A stretch of 64,000 nt of DNA. Source: Blastocystis sp. Blastoise (lineage: Eukaryota > Protista > Bigyra: Opalinata). The first letter of the stretch is position 1, and each line of letters starts with the position of its first letter. The stretch spans positions 2,418,001-2,482,000 of the forward strand of contig JBBPEB010000015.1 of NCBI GenBank assembly GCA_039096225.1, written 5' to 3'. Below, one piece after another: positions 17,586 through 37,979 of the stretch. A program made the translations under genes and the position numbers. The notes under the pieces are model-generated. The model did not search any database and was not told the origin of the DNA. It saw nothing but the letters and a program-made list of their open reading frames with translations.

Positions 17586-19205
17586 TTATTTATAATCTTC
17601 TATAGTACCATCTTGTAAATACATTTTTCCTTCTACTTTCTCATTATTCTTAAATATACCTTCAAAATGATCTCCATTAGGATAATATTCTATTCCTTTT
17701 CCTTCAATAGCATCATTCTTAAATTGACCAACATATTTACGACCATCTTGGAAAATCAAAGTACCATTACCATTTGGTTTATCTTCTTTAAATTCACCAT
17801 CATACATTAACATATCTCCTAAATAAAACTTACCTTTTCCTTCACGTTTATATAATTTTATATCACCTATATATTTACCACCATTTAAATAATGAAGTGT
17901 ACCAAATCCATCAGGAGTATCTTCTTTAAAACTTCCTTCATATATACAAAACTTATTATTATTATATACTTTACCTTCTCCACAAGCTTTATCATCTTTA
18001 TATTCACCTTCATATCTCCAACCATTTGGCATATTTAATATTCCTTTACCTTCACGATTATTATTCTTAAATTCACCTTCATAAATACTTCCATCTAATA
18101 AATACATCTTTCCTTTACCTTCTTTCATATTATTCTTTATATCACCTTCATAAAATATCTTATTATCTTTATATAATTTACCAAAACCATTTAATATATC
18201 ATTCTCAAACGTTCCATCAATAATTAAACTATCTTCTTTATTATATATACGACCTAAACCTGTTTTCTTACCTTCTATAAAATCACCTTCATATCGTTCT
18301 CCATCTTCTTTTATATGTATACCTTTTCCATTTAATTTACCATCTTTATATATACCTTCCATTATACTTCCATCAGGAAATACCCATTTTCCTTCTCCTT
18401 CTATCTTATCATCTTTAAATTCACCTTCATATATTGCATTATTACTATATATACTCTTTCCAAAACCATTTGCTTTTCCATTCTTAAAATTACCTTCATA
18501 TCTCCAACCATTCTTTGAGGATATCTTTCCTTTTCCATCTAATTGACCATATTTAAATATACCTTCAAATATATCACCATTATAATTCATACGACCTTCA
18601 CCATGAGGTTGACCATTCATAAATATACCTTCATATATTAATTCATCTTTTAAATAATATTTACCAAATCCATTCCATAAATCATATTCCCAATTACCTT
18701 CATATCGTTCACCATTACTATATTCACATTTACCTTCACCATGACGAACACCATCTAATAAATCACCACTATATATATCACCATCAAAATCTTGATCTAT
18801 ACAATGGCTCTTCCCTTCAGGTAAATCTTTTATTCCATCATCTAATTTCATTTGTGAAATTTCTTCAGCATTATTTGATTCCTTTAAAGAATCAACCATC
18901 TTCTCATTGGACATATTTCGAAGAAATTGAGTATAAACCTTATCTGAAATCGGTAAACAAGATTTAGCAAAAGCAGGTATCATTATCGTTCTCTTTAATA
19001 TCATCGAATTCATCAACTTTACAGCTACTGACTCATTACTTGTATTCTTTATAGCTATACAATATTTATAATATTTATATCATATAATCATATCAAAAAC
19101 ATAATTATTTATTATAAAATATAAATCTAATGTCATACCTCCTGACAACTGACGAACCAATCTACTCTTCACACCACTCTTCACTATCACACGCACAAAT
19201 GACAT
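17586..19205 (-). CDS. MORN-repeat protein with a basic, presequence-like N-terminus (2 exons)
   Basis: Many tandem YEGxFxxxxxxGxG repeats. Upstream exon MSFVRVIVKSGVKSRLVRQLSG (ATG at 19205) joins through a GT-AG intron at ~19138-19056. Confidence 0.9.
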
Positions 19206-19528
19206 ACCTTTTTTTACTAAAATAAATAAGAAATATATGTAATTAAATTAATTTCTTTTTTGGTAAAAAGAGAAAACCATGGAAACATTCAGTTTCTCTC
19301 AATTTCCATAGAAAGCAATTGGAATCAGATCACTAATTTTGTCTTAATTATTTTCAGTTTCAAGAACAATAAGAAAAAAAATTCCCCAAATAGAATGAAA
19401 GAATGAAATGGTTCATCCAATAAAATCTTGCTTTTATCCCTCCTTTTCAATTCATTTTTTTTATTCTTATTTTTCTTTCAATATATCAAATAAAATGAAG
19501 TCAATATCATAAATTTATCAAATATTTA

Positions 19529-21752
<2,224 letters not shown>

Positions 21753-22259
21753 ATCAAAGTAATATTTTTTTTTTAATCTAATGAAAGCAAAAATGAATTT
21801 TCTATAATTTAATTTATTTTTTTTCAACAAAATTGTGATTTCATTACTTGTGTTCATCATTACAAGTTTACAGAGATATTCAAATGAGAATTTTTATATA
21901 ATCACAGCACATTTGATCATGTCAACTACAAGATTGTACCAGCATAAAGAGGTTGTTTTTATCGTAGATACTCTACATAGTATAGATTTAAGTTAAGTAT
22001 ACAGATAAATTGGAAATTAATGTATAAATAGAAAAGGAATGACGTCATCACATTCTTTGAAGATTCATGAAGAACCATCGTATGCAATCCAAAATTTGAA
22101 AAGACGCCATACATTATGATTGTGTTTTGTATTTTTTTTTTGAAAAAAATAATTGCGGGATAATATGGTGTATGACTAACAAAAAAATTGTGTTAACGAT
22201 TAAGAAAAAAATTTAGTTTGCTTTTCCTATTATTATATTGCTTTAAATAAAAAAGAAAG

Positions 22260-25526
<3,267 letters not shown>

Positions 25527-25541
25527 TTGCTAGTTTTTTAA

Positions 25542-25549
25542 TGTTTGTT
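25542..25549 (+). promoter_or_regulatory. Candidate TGTTTGTT 3'-end/polyadenylation motif
   Basis: Exact TGTTTGTT 15 nt after the stop of ATG22 paralogue 1. This motif is known downstream of poly(A) sites in Blastocystis. Confidence 0.4.
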
Positions 25550-26311
25550 TTAGTGGTGTATCTATTAGTCAATTCATTTATATTTTAGAATTTTTATGCC
25601 TGCATATTTATTATACTAGTTTATTTTCTTTCATACTCGTAATACTATCTTTATTTATATCAAATAAATGTTGAAACAATCTATTATTCTTAAAACTCGT
25701 TGTTGATTTTTTGTACAATTTCATTATTTAGATCTTATTATGTATATACATAATCAATTATCTCTTATCAATAAAAAAAAACTATTTTTGAAAAAAGAAT
25801 AACTTTGAAATAAAATCAATAGTATTTTCATGAAGCATATAGACGGTATTTCATGATGCACACTCATGCATATACGTAAGTAGTATTACCAAAATTCTTA
25901 ATTTCAAACATTACTATTAAAATAATCAGATTACTTGCTATTCATAATTTTTAATATTGAAATCTTATTTATTACATCTTTTCCTAAATAAACATAAGGA
26001 AGAAAATGTCGTCTATCAAATAGAGTCCTTTTTGACGAGACTTAGCCTCTGTATATTCGTCATTACAAAGATTCTGTATAATGACCTTCTTAGAAATCGA
26101 TTCTTTATATAGCCTTTCTACTTCTAGGTTAAGAAATCTAATTCCATTTTTTGAAATTCCACAAATGTCAAAGAAGTTCTTTTAGAAAATGCCTTCCCGT
26201 GAAAAAGTGTGTATTTTTAGTAGACTATTTGTATTTCATCGGTTGAAGGGGCGTTATCGTATTTTTCTAAAAAATAAAAATCATTTTTATTCATATAAAA
26301 AGAGTTTCAAG

Positions 26312-27027
26312 ATGAAGAAGAAGAATAATGTGTCAGGACTTCAGTCGATCCATCCATCTACAGATCTGGATAAAGTAAAAGATAAGAATACAAAGTCATC
26401 TGACCCATATTTGTCTAAAAAAGAACTTCATGGATGGTATATGTTTGATTGGGCAAACTCTGCTTTTTCTTCTGCTGCCATTTCTGGGTTTTTAAGTCTT
26501 GCACTTCAAGAAACCGCGTTACAAAACTCTGGATTTCCTGAGATATGTCCAAATGTGATTACTGATTCTTCTTTAGTTCATGAATATTTTCCTAATAAAA
26601 CTATGATGTATTTTTTGTATCCTTTATATATCGATTATATTTCTATTTTAAAAAAACATATTTTAATTCTTAACGATGAAGAAAATCTGCTAAACTTTTA
26701 ACTGATTGTATTCAAATGAACAATACACAGTACTGTTCAGGGACACGTATGTCTTCTCTTATAGATATATATATGCAATTAATGTTATTTTATATATACA
26801 GCTAGTGCTAGTTACTGTTTAAAGACCGATGGTATCAGTACATTTCCTCTTAGAGCTACAATTGGAAGTCTCTCTGTAGATCCCAATTCTTATTTTAGTA
26901 TCTCTATGACTGCTTCAAAAATAGTTCAATTGATATTTTACATTTGTCTTGGGTCTATGGCTGATTATGGTATATAACTTTCTATTCATAATATCACTTT
27001 ATATACTATTCTTATGGCTCAATACAA

Positions 27028-27082
<55 letters not shown>

Positions 27083-28199
27083 TAGTTTACGTTATAGTTG
27101 TCTACTGTTCTTCACCTTATTTGGCTCCATAGTTTCCCTCCTTTTACCTCTGATGAACAGCGCGTCATGGTGGCTTGGAGGGATTATTACTGTTGTCTCG
27201 TATATTTTATTAATAGTTGCTTAATTTCTCTTTAAATATATATATATATATATATATATTATTATTATTATTATTATTATTAACTTCTCTAGTACTTTTT
27301 GTTTTTGGTCTTTCGCTTTAAATATATATATATATATATTATTATTAACTTCTCTAGTACACTTTGTTTTGGTCTTTCTCTTGTTTTTTATAATTCTTAT
27401 TTACCTGTTTTGTCACAGTCCCATCCTCGAGTTCGAGATGCCATGAGTAGGTTTATTATTATTATATGTTTATTATTATTATTTCTTTGAATTAATATAT
27501 GAATATTTTTTTTTTGTTACATTTATAATCTGTTTCTACAATATATATAGAAGAAGATAAAGAGCCGATTAATACAAAGATTCAGGATGAAATGAGCGGA
27601 ACTGGCTTCATTATGGGGTATATATCCGGTGTACTTATCCTTATATTATGTGTATATACGTATTTTTAATTATCTTTGACTATATTTGCATCTCATCTAG
27701 TCACTTTATTATTATTATTATTATTATTATTATGAATAGGTACCTATTGTGTATTTCTTCAGTGTTTCTGGTTATATATGGAGTTGCAGTCTTTCTGGTT
27801 TATGGTATTTATTTTATTATATGTTTATTATATTTATTATTATTATCAGTATATTGAGTTTATATATTCTACTCTATAAATTATATATATATAGGTGGTT
27901 ATTGTTTTCTATTCCTACATTTTTATATTTAAAGAAACGACCGGGTCCAGATCTCCCCAAGGGAGAACATTATATTACTTATAACTTCAAACGATATGGT
28001 AGTTCTTTAAAGAAGATGATACTGCTTCCTAATGCTTTAAAAATGTTACTAGCCTGGTTCCTTTATAGTGACTGCTTCAATACTATTGGATCTCTTGGTA
28101 CATATATATATATATATAAACAATGATTCATTTCTATTCTCAATATACTATATATAAAATACATATTAACATCATTCTCATCATTTTAATTTTTATTAA

Positions 28200-28250
<51 letters not shown>

Positions 28251-28808
28251 CTATAGCTGTTCAATTGGCCAATATATACATCAATTGGGGATCCCTCAAT
28301 AAATCTATTGGTCTCGTGATTCTCATGATTGAATCCCCCTTGGCTGCAGGGATTGGCACGTGGTTCTTCCTTCTAATCACTAGAAAGTATATATATATAT
28401 CAATTTCATTTGTGTGAATCTTTAGTTAACCACGCTTTATATTGATATAAATTTTTTTCATATATAGAAATTTAATTCATGCTAAAAAGATTATATATAT
28501 TTGTGTGATTGGTAATCTTATTATATGTATATATGCTTCCCTAATGACTATTCCATCGTTGTTTCCTTATTTAAATGCTTACTATTATCTCTTCATTCTA
28601 TGCTTTATTTATGGATTCTTCTTAGGACCCGTACAATCTTATTCGAGATCTCTTTTTTCTACTATGATTCCCGCGGGACATGAAAGTGAATTCTTTGCTA
28701 TTTATGAAGTTACAGACAAAGGAAGGTATATAGTAATTATGTTTATTATTATTTTTATTGTTTATATGTAGTTCTTGGATTGGACCTCTTGCTATTTCTC
28801 TTTGTTCA

Positions 28809-28845
<37 letters not shown>

Positions 28846-29153
28846 ATTGTGGTCTACATTTAAAAGAAATGTTATTAAACAATTATATATATATAGACTT
28901 ATTTGAATAATATGTTATATGCTTTCTATATTGAAATAATCATGATTATTTTATCTTTGATTGTTCTTCTCTTTGTCGATACCAAAAAGGCAAAAAGAGA
29001 AGTGAAATTATTTGAAGGTATATATGATATATATATACTATAATAGTAAAATTTATTATAATTATATAGCTACTGAAAAAACTATTACAACTGTCAAATT
29101 TGCAAATGAAGTAATTATTTGTTATTCTTATAATAGTTATTATTATATATATA

Positions 29154-29190
<37 letters not shown>

Positions 29191-29318
29191 CCTATCACAT
29201 ATCCTCATTATTAAAAATTCTATTCTATAATAAATATATTTATATTCTTCTTCTTCCTTAGGTGAAAGAGAAAGTAGATATAGTTATCGATAAAGTGAAA
29301 GGTATGACTACCAATTAA
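26312..29318 (+). CDS. ATG22: ATG22/UMF1-family MFS transporter, paralogue 2, multi-exon
   Basis: GWYMFDWANSAFS, GSMADYG, VFYNSYLPVL, LKKRPGPDLPKG, QSYSRSLFSTMIPAGHESEFFAIYEVTDKG; colinear with paralogue 1; TAA at 29316-29318. Confidence 0.88.
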
Positions 29319-29702
29319 GACGATATTCATGATTATTTCTTGGTTTATAGGTTTTAAACTCATTTAGAAACTTCATATATGTTTTCAGCAGTTATATATA
29401 ATTATATTTTATTAATAATAAAATAGTATTATACATTTAAGCATTCTTTCCTCTCTTATTTTTGTAAATATTTATTAAAAGATTATGCTTTCCTATTGTC
29501 ATATTTCTATGAGCAATTCTATCTTATATTGTTAGTATAGTATTTTGTTTAATTTTTATTCATGATATCCACAAATTGTATTTGTATATAATATATATAC
29601 CAGAATAATAGAATAACTCAACAATAATAACAATACTAGTAAATAAAAATGTTAAAAGGGCACAATGTGACACTGGACAATGAATAAAAGAGTATATTAG
29701 AA

Positions 29703-30755
29703 TCAACAAAGAGGTGGATCAAGGATATTTAATTCATTTGATTGAAAAAGATAGGGAAGAAGATACAATCGTATGGGGAATAATAATGCAATTCCTAAGG
29801 GAAAAAGAAGAAGAAGAAGAGATGAAGACAATTTAAGAACATAAAGAATGAATATTAATATCATTTGAATGACAGTAAAAAGAAACAATGATTTTCTAGA
29901 GATCTAGAAATGATAAGGAAATGAAAAGTAAGGGTATATATATAATGTTATATACCTGCTTTATAATAGGATGTACCTTATATATAATAGGTTCAGCAAA
30001 TAATAATCTAATTCTCTTCGAAATAGCAGATGTGAAGTATAAATTCATTCCTCTATCTAATAATACTCCATATAAAGCTGCCTCAGGAATATGATGAAAA
30101 TCAACCGATAAAATAGTAACTAAGAGAAATAATCCTCCTATAATTAATGTAGATATTCGATTCTCAAATACATGAATAATCGTGAAAATACTATCTCCAT
30201 AAACAGGTTCTCTTTCTTCAAATACAGATAATGAGTAATAGATTAAGGATAAATAAAGAATGATATATATATATATATAATAATAATAATAAATAAAGTA
30301 ATGCCATTATATAGAAATAATAATAATAAGGATATTTTTATATGAGAGAGTGTTAGAGGGATTAAAGGCGTTACCCACGGTAAACCAAACAGACTGAGGA
30401 TGACAAGAAGAATTCCCATGGAAAATAAGTCCCAGTATTTCACAGAACCTTCTATGAATGTTATTAAATAGTAATATAATCATAGTAAATAGAAGTAGTA
30501 TAAATCTATATACTTCCTCTTTTCAATTTATATTGTTTCTTATAAATATTATCTGATGTAAGTTCTTCTTGTGTAATAATAAATAACTATATATAAAATG
30601 TATAACAAGAATATAAAAATATATAGATACAATATATATTTAAGTAAAAAATAATAATAATAATAAATATACAGCAAAGAGAAACCCTGGTATAACTGCT
30701 ACTAGAATAGCCCAGAAAGGAAACTATATTTATGGGAATGTGACTATTTGAAAGG

Positions 30756-30798
<43 letters not shown>

Positions 30799-30855
30799 AC
30801 ATCCCTCTTCAATACTTCTATTTGTTTCATATGGACATTCTGTAAGGGCAGTAGA

Positions 30856-30915
<60 letters not shown>

Positions 30916-31244
30916 TTGATATATAAATAGGAATATATATGAATCAATACTATTATATATAATAAATTTAAATATAGTGAATGAATATATGTTGATAAAA
31001 CATAAATGTTGTATATATATATATACCTATCAATCCATATATTATGTAGCATTTGATCTATAAATAGATAATATAATAGATAGAATTATATATATATATA
31101 TATATATATATAGAATAATATATAGATTATATATACAGTTATAAAAGAAAGGATTGATGATCCAACTACGATCTTTATATGATGGGTACAAATACTATAT
31201 AAGTATATATATATATATAAAGAATATCTTTAAGAAAAACATGA

Positions 31245-31280
<36 letters not shown>

Positions 31281-33988
31281 TCATGTTATTACGTACTCCT
31301 TCTGTAAGTGTATGGAATGACACAGGGATGTAGTCAATAGAAGGAAAGAAGAAAGAAGTTATACAAGAAGTTATGCCAATAGCAGTTATTGATGAAAATA
31401 GACGACAAAATGTACGAATTCCCCATCTTAAAAATGGTATAGCTTGAATTCTTTTGGAAATATTGATAATAGTGAGTATTCCCGTGATTATGGATATAGA
31501 TAGAAGACAGGAAGAAAAAGAATTTGAACTAAAAGAGAAACACAAAAAATAAAATTGATATTATCATTATACTAATGAATATATACTCCTGAGATTGTTT
31601 GTAGATTTGAATAATATATTTAAAAGCATTGATAATAAATATAGTACCAGTAAATGATATATAAATATCATTTGAGAAAGAAGTGAGAGAAGGAAGATAA
31701 TTAAATCCTATATATATATATATAATGAGGAAGATATATATATTGATATACCGTCAATGAATACAAATAAAAATAGAATTATAGAGCACCAAAGACCACA
31801 CCAGAAATAAAAGGGGAAAAAGGGAACAGAGAGAGTTCTAGAAGAAGAAATAAATAGAATATATATAGACATAAATGTTAAAAAATATGAATTTTGATAT
31901 CCTTATATAATGTAGATATATATATAAAAACATAGATGAACTATACTAGTTTAAACAATGATATAGAATATGTATATAAAGTTATATATACACAGTCATA
32001 GAATAAATAGCTCCAATAAAAAGTGCTACAAGTCCAGATGTACCTAAGAGAATGATTGGCTGTCCACCGCAGATTGACCAATAAATGAAGGCTATAGATG
32101 TACTAAGAAACATTTCTATATAGGAGATATGTTCTTGCGTTCCCGACATAAGGACCATTCCCGTGATTATTGTAGGTATAATATCACCAAAGAATGTACC
32201 TATTCTATAGAATAGATATAGAAATTGATGAATAAATATATTTAAAACAAATTAAGAGTCCTACATAAAATTATTTGTTATATATTTTATATAACAATAA
32301 ATATAATAGTGTCATACATATTGCAATATATTATTAATATAATAATATATATATAATAATGTCATACATATTGAAATATATTATTAATATAATAATATAT
32401 ATATAATAATGTCATATATATTGCAATATATTATTAATATAATAATATATATATAATGATATCAGTATTTAACAAATTTTTAATATAAATAATATAAATA
32501 ATATAAAATAAGATCACATATATCACAATATATATTTAATATGATAATATATATACATGTCATAGAGTATTTGAATGTGTCGTATGTCCTTGAAGTCCTG
32601 AATATATTCCTGTTTCCCTCGTTGCCACCAGTTATGGAGAAGACCGCGAGAAACAGAAGGAGAACCAATAGAAGTAGCTATCTGTGTAATGATAATATTT
32701 TGTTGAAGATGAGATAATTGATTCAAAAGTTTAGTACATACAATCTTAGAATCATTTTCTGAATATCTATATAGAATCATATAAATAAATGAAATATAGA
32801 TATCATTATATATATATACAATTCAATATAGAGAGAATCAGTAGCAAATATAGATACAATTGTATCATATATAGGAATATATGAAGAAGAAGATAAAGAA
32901 GGAGATAGAAAAAGAATCATATATCTATAGAATTACTATATATACTTATATAATGATACATAATACTTATATTGTTTTGTAATGTTATCATCAAAAAGTG
33001 TTGAAGAATTATATAATACAAAGATTAAATGACATTCTTTTATATTAATACTACTAAACTAAAGAGAAAACAAACATTAATAATATAAATACCATATATA
33101 TATACATATATGCATAAGAATCCATGAGAACAGAGTTTCTGTTGAATACAGTCTTCCTAAAAACAAATTACTATTAAATAATGAATATAAAAATATACAA
33201 TCATTATTTGAGAAGATTGAGCTTCGAAAGAAAGAAAAGAATTAGCATAAAAGGATACTACATCGATATCTGTATTCCACTTCATATCTTGATTTGCATA
33301 TATTGTCGCATTTTCAATTAACTTTTTCAGTTTTGAATCCATATCATCTTGAGAATCCACTAGCTACAATTTAAATAATTAAAAAAAAATATAATAAACT
33401 AAAAAAAACCTTTAATTGTTCATCGTCAGAGAGAATTGGTGTTGTATTTAATATTGAAGACGCTATAGAATCAATTGACTTTATTTGGAATGATGTTACA
33501 GTCCTTGAGGACAAGTTAGATTTATAATTGTTTTCTTGATCAAATTTTATGTTTGATTTCTTGTTGGTAGATTGTTCTCTATATTAATTATATTCGAATA
33601 AAAATAAATTTCATTCAAAATAAAAGAATAAAAAAATACAATCGTTCTACTAGAGGAGACTTTATAAAATCGAAATCATCTGAGCTTGTACCACTATGTT
33701 CTCTTTCAATTGGAGTATTCAAAGAAAGAAAAACATTATTTTGATCAGATTGTGAAGAAAGATGAATTGTCAAATCGTTTGAATTTCGTGATTTTCTTTT
33801 ATGTCTGACGAAATAAGAATGAAATGGCCCTAAAATAATATTTAAAATGATTTTTACAAATAATATATGCAACTAAGAGAATAGAAAAAGAAATACAATG
33901 TAATTTTCGTTTTGATTTTTCTTTTTTGACTTTTTTTGAAGCTAAGTATTCATTTAAAGTGTTTTTTTTTTGAGAATATACATTGCAT
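29703..33988 (-). CDS. SLC4-family (bicarbonate/borate anion) transporter, multi-exon; start not resolved
   Basis: GGQPIILLGTSG, FYFWCGLW, LFGLPWV, VFENRIST, PEAALYGVLL, FLFTVIQ, FPLGIALLFPIRLYLLP...ELNILD; long soluble N-terminal region. Confidence 0.8.
32311..32460. repeat. Three tandem copies of a 50-bp unit within an SLC4 intron
   Basis: Units starting GTCATA at 32311, 32361 and 32411 are nearly identical. Confidence 0.9.
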
Positions 33989-34414
33989 CTATGTTTTTGT
34001 ATACAACCGGAATAATTTATATGGTTTACAAGCTTCTTTTATGATGTGATTGAAGAGCGAAGCAAATAATTTTTTATAATAATTTATATATCCTGATTAT
34101 ACTGTTGAAAGAAATACAATACATGAAAATTCAAAGTGAATCCTTAAACAATACAATGCCGTGTTGTTGGAAATTATGAGTATTTTCTTCTTTTTCTACG
34201 ATAATATGAAAATGGGGTTATTAATAATTAATAGACAAAGTATTATTAACAAAACACATACATAATGAAGCCAGAATGTAAATGACGATAAACACAGCTG
34301 TAAAAAGAAAAGGAAATATGAAAAAGAGAAAAATAATGTGCAAGACTATTAAAGAAGCTCAAAAACTAAATAGTAAAGAAAACAGAAAAGTCAAAAAAGA
34401 AGAAGAAAAAATCA

Positions 34415-35277
34415 TTAATTCAACGACCGTTTTGAAATCAATACTTTTGTTCTCATTTTAGACCATAGAGAACGAGTAGATCTAGTTTTAACACGTCCAT
34501 GTAAATAAATACAATCCTAAAATAAAATATGATAAAAAAAGAGGAATTAAATTGATAATAAATAAAAAACATGTTAGTTTCAATAAATACAAATATATAC
34601 AGATTCAAGAAGAATTGATTGTACTGATGGTACTGCAATATCAATGCATTCTTGACATTTCCTATAAAAAAAAGAGTGATTAATTATAGATATATATAGA
34701 TAATAATAAAATACATTTCTTCTTGAGATAATGGGACTGTCAAATCCATTTGTCGAATACTAAATAAGAATTAAAAATAGTAATAAGATAAATGAACGAA
34801 TAAAATTAAGAAAATACATACATTTCACCAATACTTCCAACACTACTATATTGTTTCATCACAATAGATTCAACTAATGTACAATCTGGAGTCATAGTTC
34901 TAAAAAAATAAACAATAAAGGATTTAATGAAAAGGAATATACCTTATTCTCTGTTCATTTGAATAATATTGTGGTGTTACATCACTCTCAAGATGTTCAA
35001 AATCTTGTATGATCTCTGTTTTTGTAGAATCAAAACTTGTTGCAGAATTACTTCTTTCTCTAGATTGGCCAAACGTTAGAGTATCTATGACATTTGTAAA
35101 TGATTCATCATGAACATTATTATCAGGTTCTTTCACAGCAAAGTGTGTTTCGACATCTTCAGAATTAGATCGAACTGGTTTTGTCGAGGAAAGTGACTCC
35201 ATTCTTTCTGCTGGATGCATTTGATATATCTCACGATCATATTTAGTAAATGGATCAATAGTATCTTGTCGCTTCAT
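34415..35277 (-). CDS. Hypothetical protein, 5 exons
   Basis: Four GT-AG introns splice in frame from MKRQDTIDPF to ...GRVKTRSTRSLWSKMRTKVLISKRSLN and TAA at 34415-34417. Confidence 0.75.
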
Positions 35278-35893
35278 AGTAACAAGAAATATAGAAAAAA
35301 TGTGCCAAAAGTATCATTTTTATAAAGACTTAACCCGCTTTTTTTCCCACAAGTTTTCTTTTTTCCACCAAAAAATAATTAAGATCAATTCAGTTTATTC
35401 TGAAATATTCTTTTTATTTTAAAGAAAATATATATTTTTTTTGTTAAATTGGTAGATGGGTTTATTCTTTGGGGTTTATGTCTTATGTTTTATGAATATC
35501 ATTTAAAGATAAGTTTCTATGATTTATTTATAGTAGACAACGATATGTTTTTGTTGTATACCGCCATTTTTCTAGAACTGTATTGAATCTATTGGATTCT
35601 TAATGAAAAGTATGCTTTGACTATAACTTGCACTTTAATGATAGAAATAAGTCTTAGAGAAATGAAATGAAACAATGGACCAAACAAGATCAACAAACTC
35701 GAAAGATAAACAACAATATAAACCATTATAATAACATAGAGATTAAAACAAATAGGAATAGAGAGGTTATTTTATAGAGAAACAATAGTAGACAAAAAAA
35801 AAATGTTTTTTCACAAAAGCAAACCATTAATAATGGAAAATAACAATAAAGTAAAGCAGAGAAACAAATGTGATTAATAATTGAATGATATAA

Positions 35894-37979
35894 TTATACA
35901 CTGGGTTCGTCTTTGACAATTATTTTACAAATTGATGCATCATTAGAGGCAATAAGTTGAATGGGATTTTCAGGTTGTTCTGATGACGATTTCTTTGTAA
36001 CATCTTCAATTATAGGATCTTCATCTTCTTTTTTCTCAACATCTATTTCAATTGAATGTAATTTATCGCTGTTATCCATATTAGCATCAGTATCCTTTCG
36101 AACATCTGCTTGTTTTCCTCCAGGAATAAAACGGAGTATAAACATAGAAATAAATCCAATAAAACCGAATATGGCTCCAGTCAGTATAGACATCACTGGT
36201 GATTTTTCATAGACTATACCCATTACAGGTGGAGATATAACCATAGCTGCCTGACCTACTAATATACCTACAGAAAGAGCTTTTCCTTGTACTTCAGGGG
36301 GTGATTGAGCCTGTTAAAGATATATAGAAAATAATATATATGTATGTATTTTGTAATATATACAAATAATTATTATTTTATGACTAATAATTATAAATGT
36401 TATAATAATAATAATAATAATAATAATATATACAGAGAGAACAGAAGGAGTGACTGTAGTTAAGAAGCAATAACCAAGATACATGATATTACATGAAATG
36501 TAACTAAACCACACTTGCTTCATATAGGCCATAAGAATAAAACCAATACCTGTATATATATAATATTATATAATAATAATAGCATATTAATATATATATC
36601 ATATATACAGACTAGAATTCCACTCCAATAGGATATAGTAGCTATAGAAGAATGAATATAGGTCAAAATAATAATAGTTATTATAATTAAAACATACCAA
36701 TAGGAATATGTAGTTTATCATGAAATATCGGGAACAGAACTAATTGACCAAAACAAGACACAATCCCTGTGGAACATAAAATCAAACTATATATAAATAA
36801 ATATTAATAATAATAATAAATACTATATATAATAAATAAATAAATAAAAAATTAATAAATAAAAAAAAATAAATAATAAAAAAAATATAAAAATACCTGA
36901 AATCAAGGGTAGAGGCACCTAATTGTTGTTTTATATACATACCATACATGGACTCAATAATAATAGTACTCGATTCATTTGTAAACTTTGCTATTAATGA
37001 TAATATCTATATATATATATTAAAGATAAGATTTCTTATGATATTCATAATACTATTATAATTATATACCATTATAAAATTCCAATGAATCTTTATGGTT
37101 GGCTTATTCTTTGATTTTTGTAAAGCTAAAGTCTTCTCTTCATCAATAGCCTTCAGACGATGATTTAAGAAATCCATTCTTTGAGCTTCATTAGTATCAA
37201 AAGCAGTTTTTCTTTTCAATTTCTTAAGTTCATTCTTAATAGCATCTTTTTCTTTAAGACTAGCAAGAGATTCTTCTAAATGTGTAAATACAAAAATAAG
37301 GACAATAAAAGCTAAACCACCAGCAAATAAACTATAGAAATAAAATAATTATTTTATTCTTTATTATAGAAAAAAAAAAAACATACAATGGTGTTTCTAG
37401 AGAAATTTCAGCAAGTAAACCACCAATAGCAGGACCAAAGGCAAATGCAAATGAAATAACACCACCAAGTTGAGCCATATATTTAGGTCTATCTTCAGGT
37501 TTACATGTATCGGTAATAACAGCTTGACCTAAGGTGATACTACCAGCAAAAAGACCAGTAGCTGCTCTGAAAAGAATGAAAATCCATATGTGCCATGAAA
37601 AAGCTTGTAATATTGGTCCTAGAAAGTAATAAAAAAATAATAATAATTTATATTATTATAAATATTTAAAAAACAAACTTACCAAGGAAAGAACCCAATA
37701 AAGAAAGGATGATGAACAATTTACGACCATATTTATCACTTAAAGAACCCATCACATAAGCACCTAGATAAAAAAAAGTGTTCAATACAAGGATTAGACT
37801 ATTCATAACATACTAATGGCTTGAGTGAATGCATAGCTAGCGACAAGAATACCCATTTCAACAGAGGTTCCATTAAGTCTTTCCACATAATCAGGTAAAA
37901 TAGGTAAAACAAATGAATAGCCTAGTTGATCAATAAAAACGGTTAAATAAACAAGTATCAAAGTAATATTTTGTTTCAT
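35894..37979 (-). CDS. TetA/DHA1-like MFS drug:H+ antiporter, multi-exon
   Basis: MKQNITLILVYLTVFIDQLGYSFVLPILP; motif A GSLSDKYGRK; FRAATGLFAG; motif C GGVISFAFAFGPAIGG. Confidence 0.87.
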
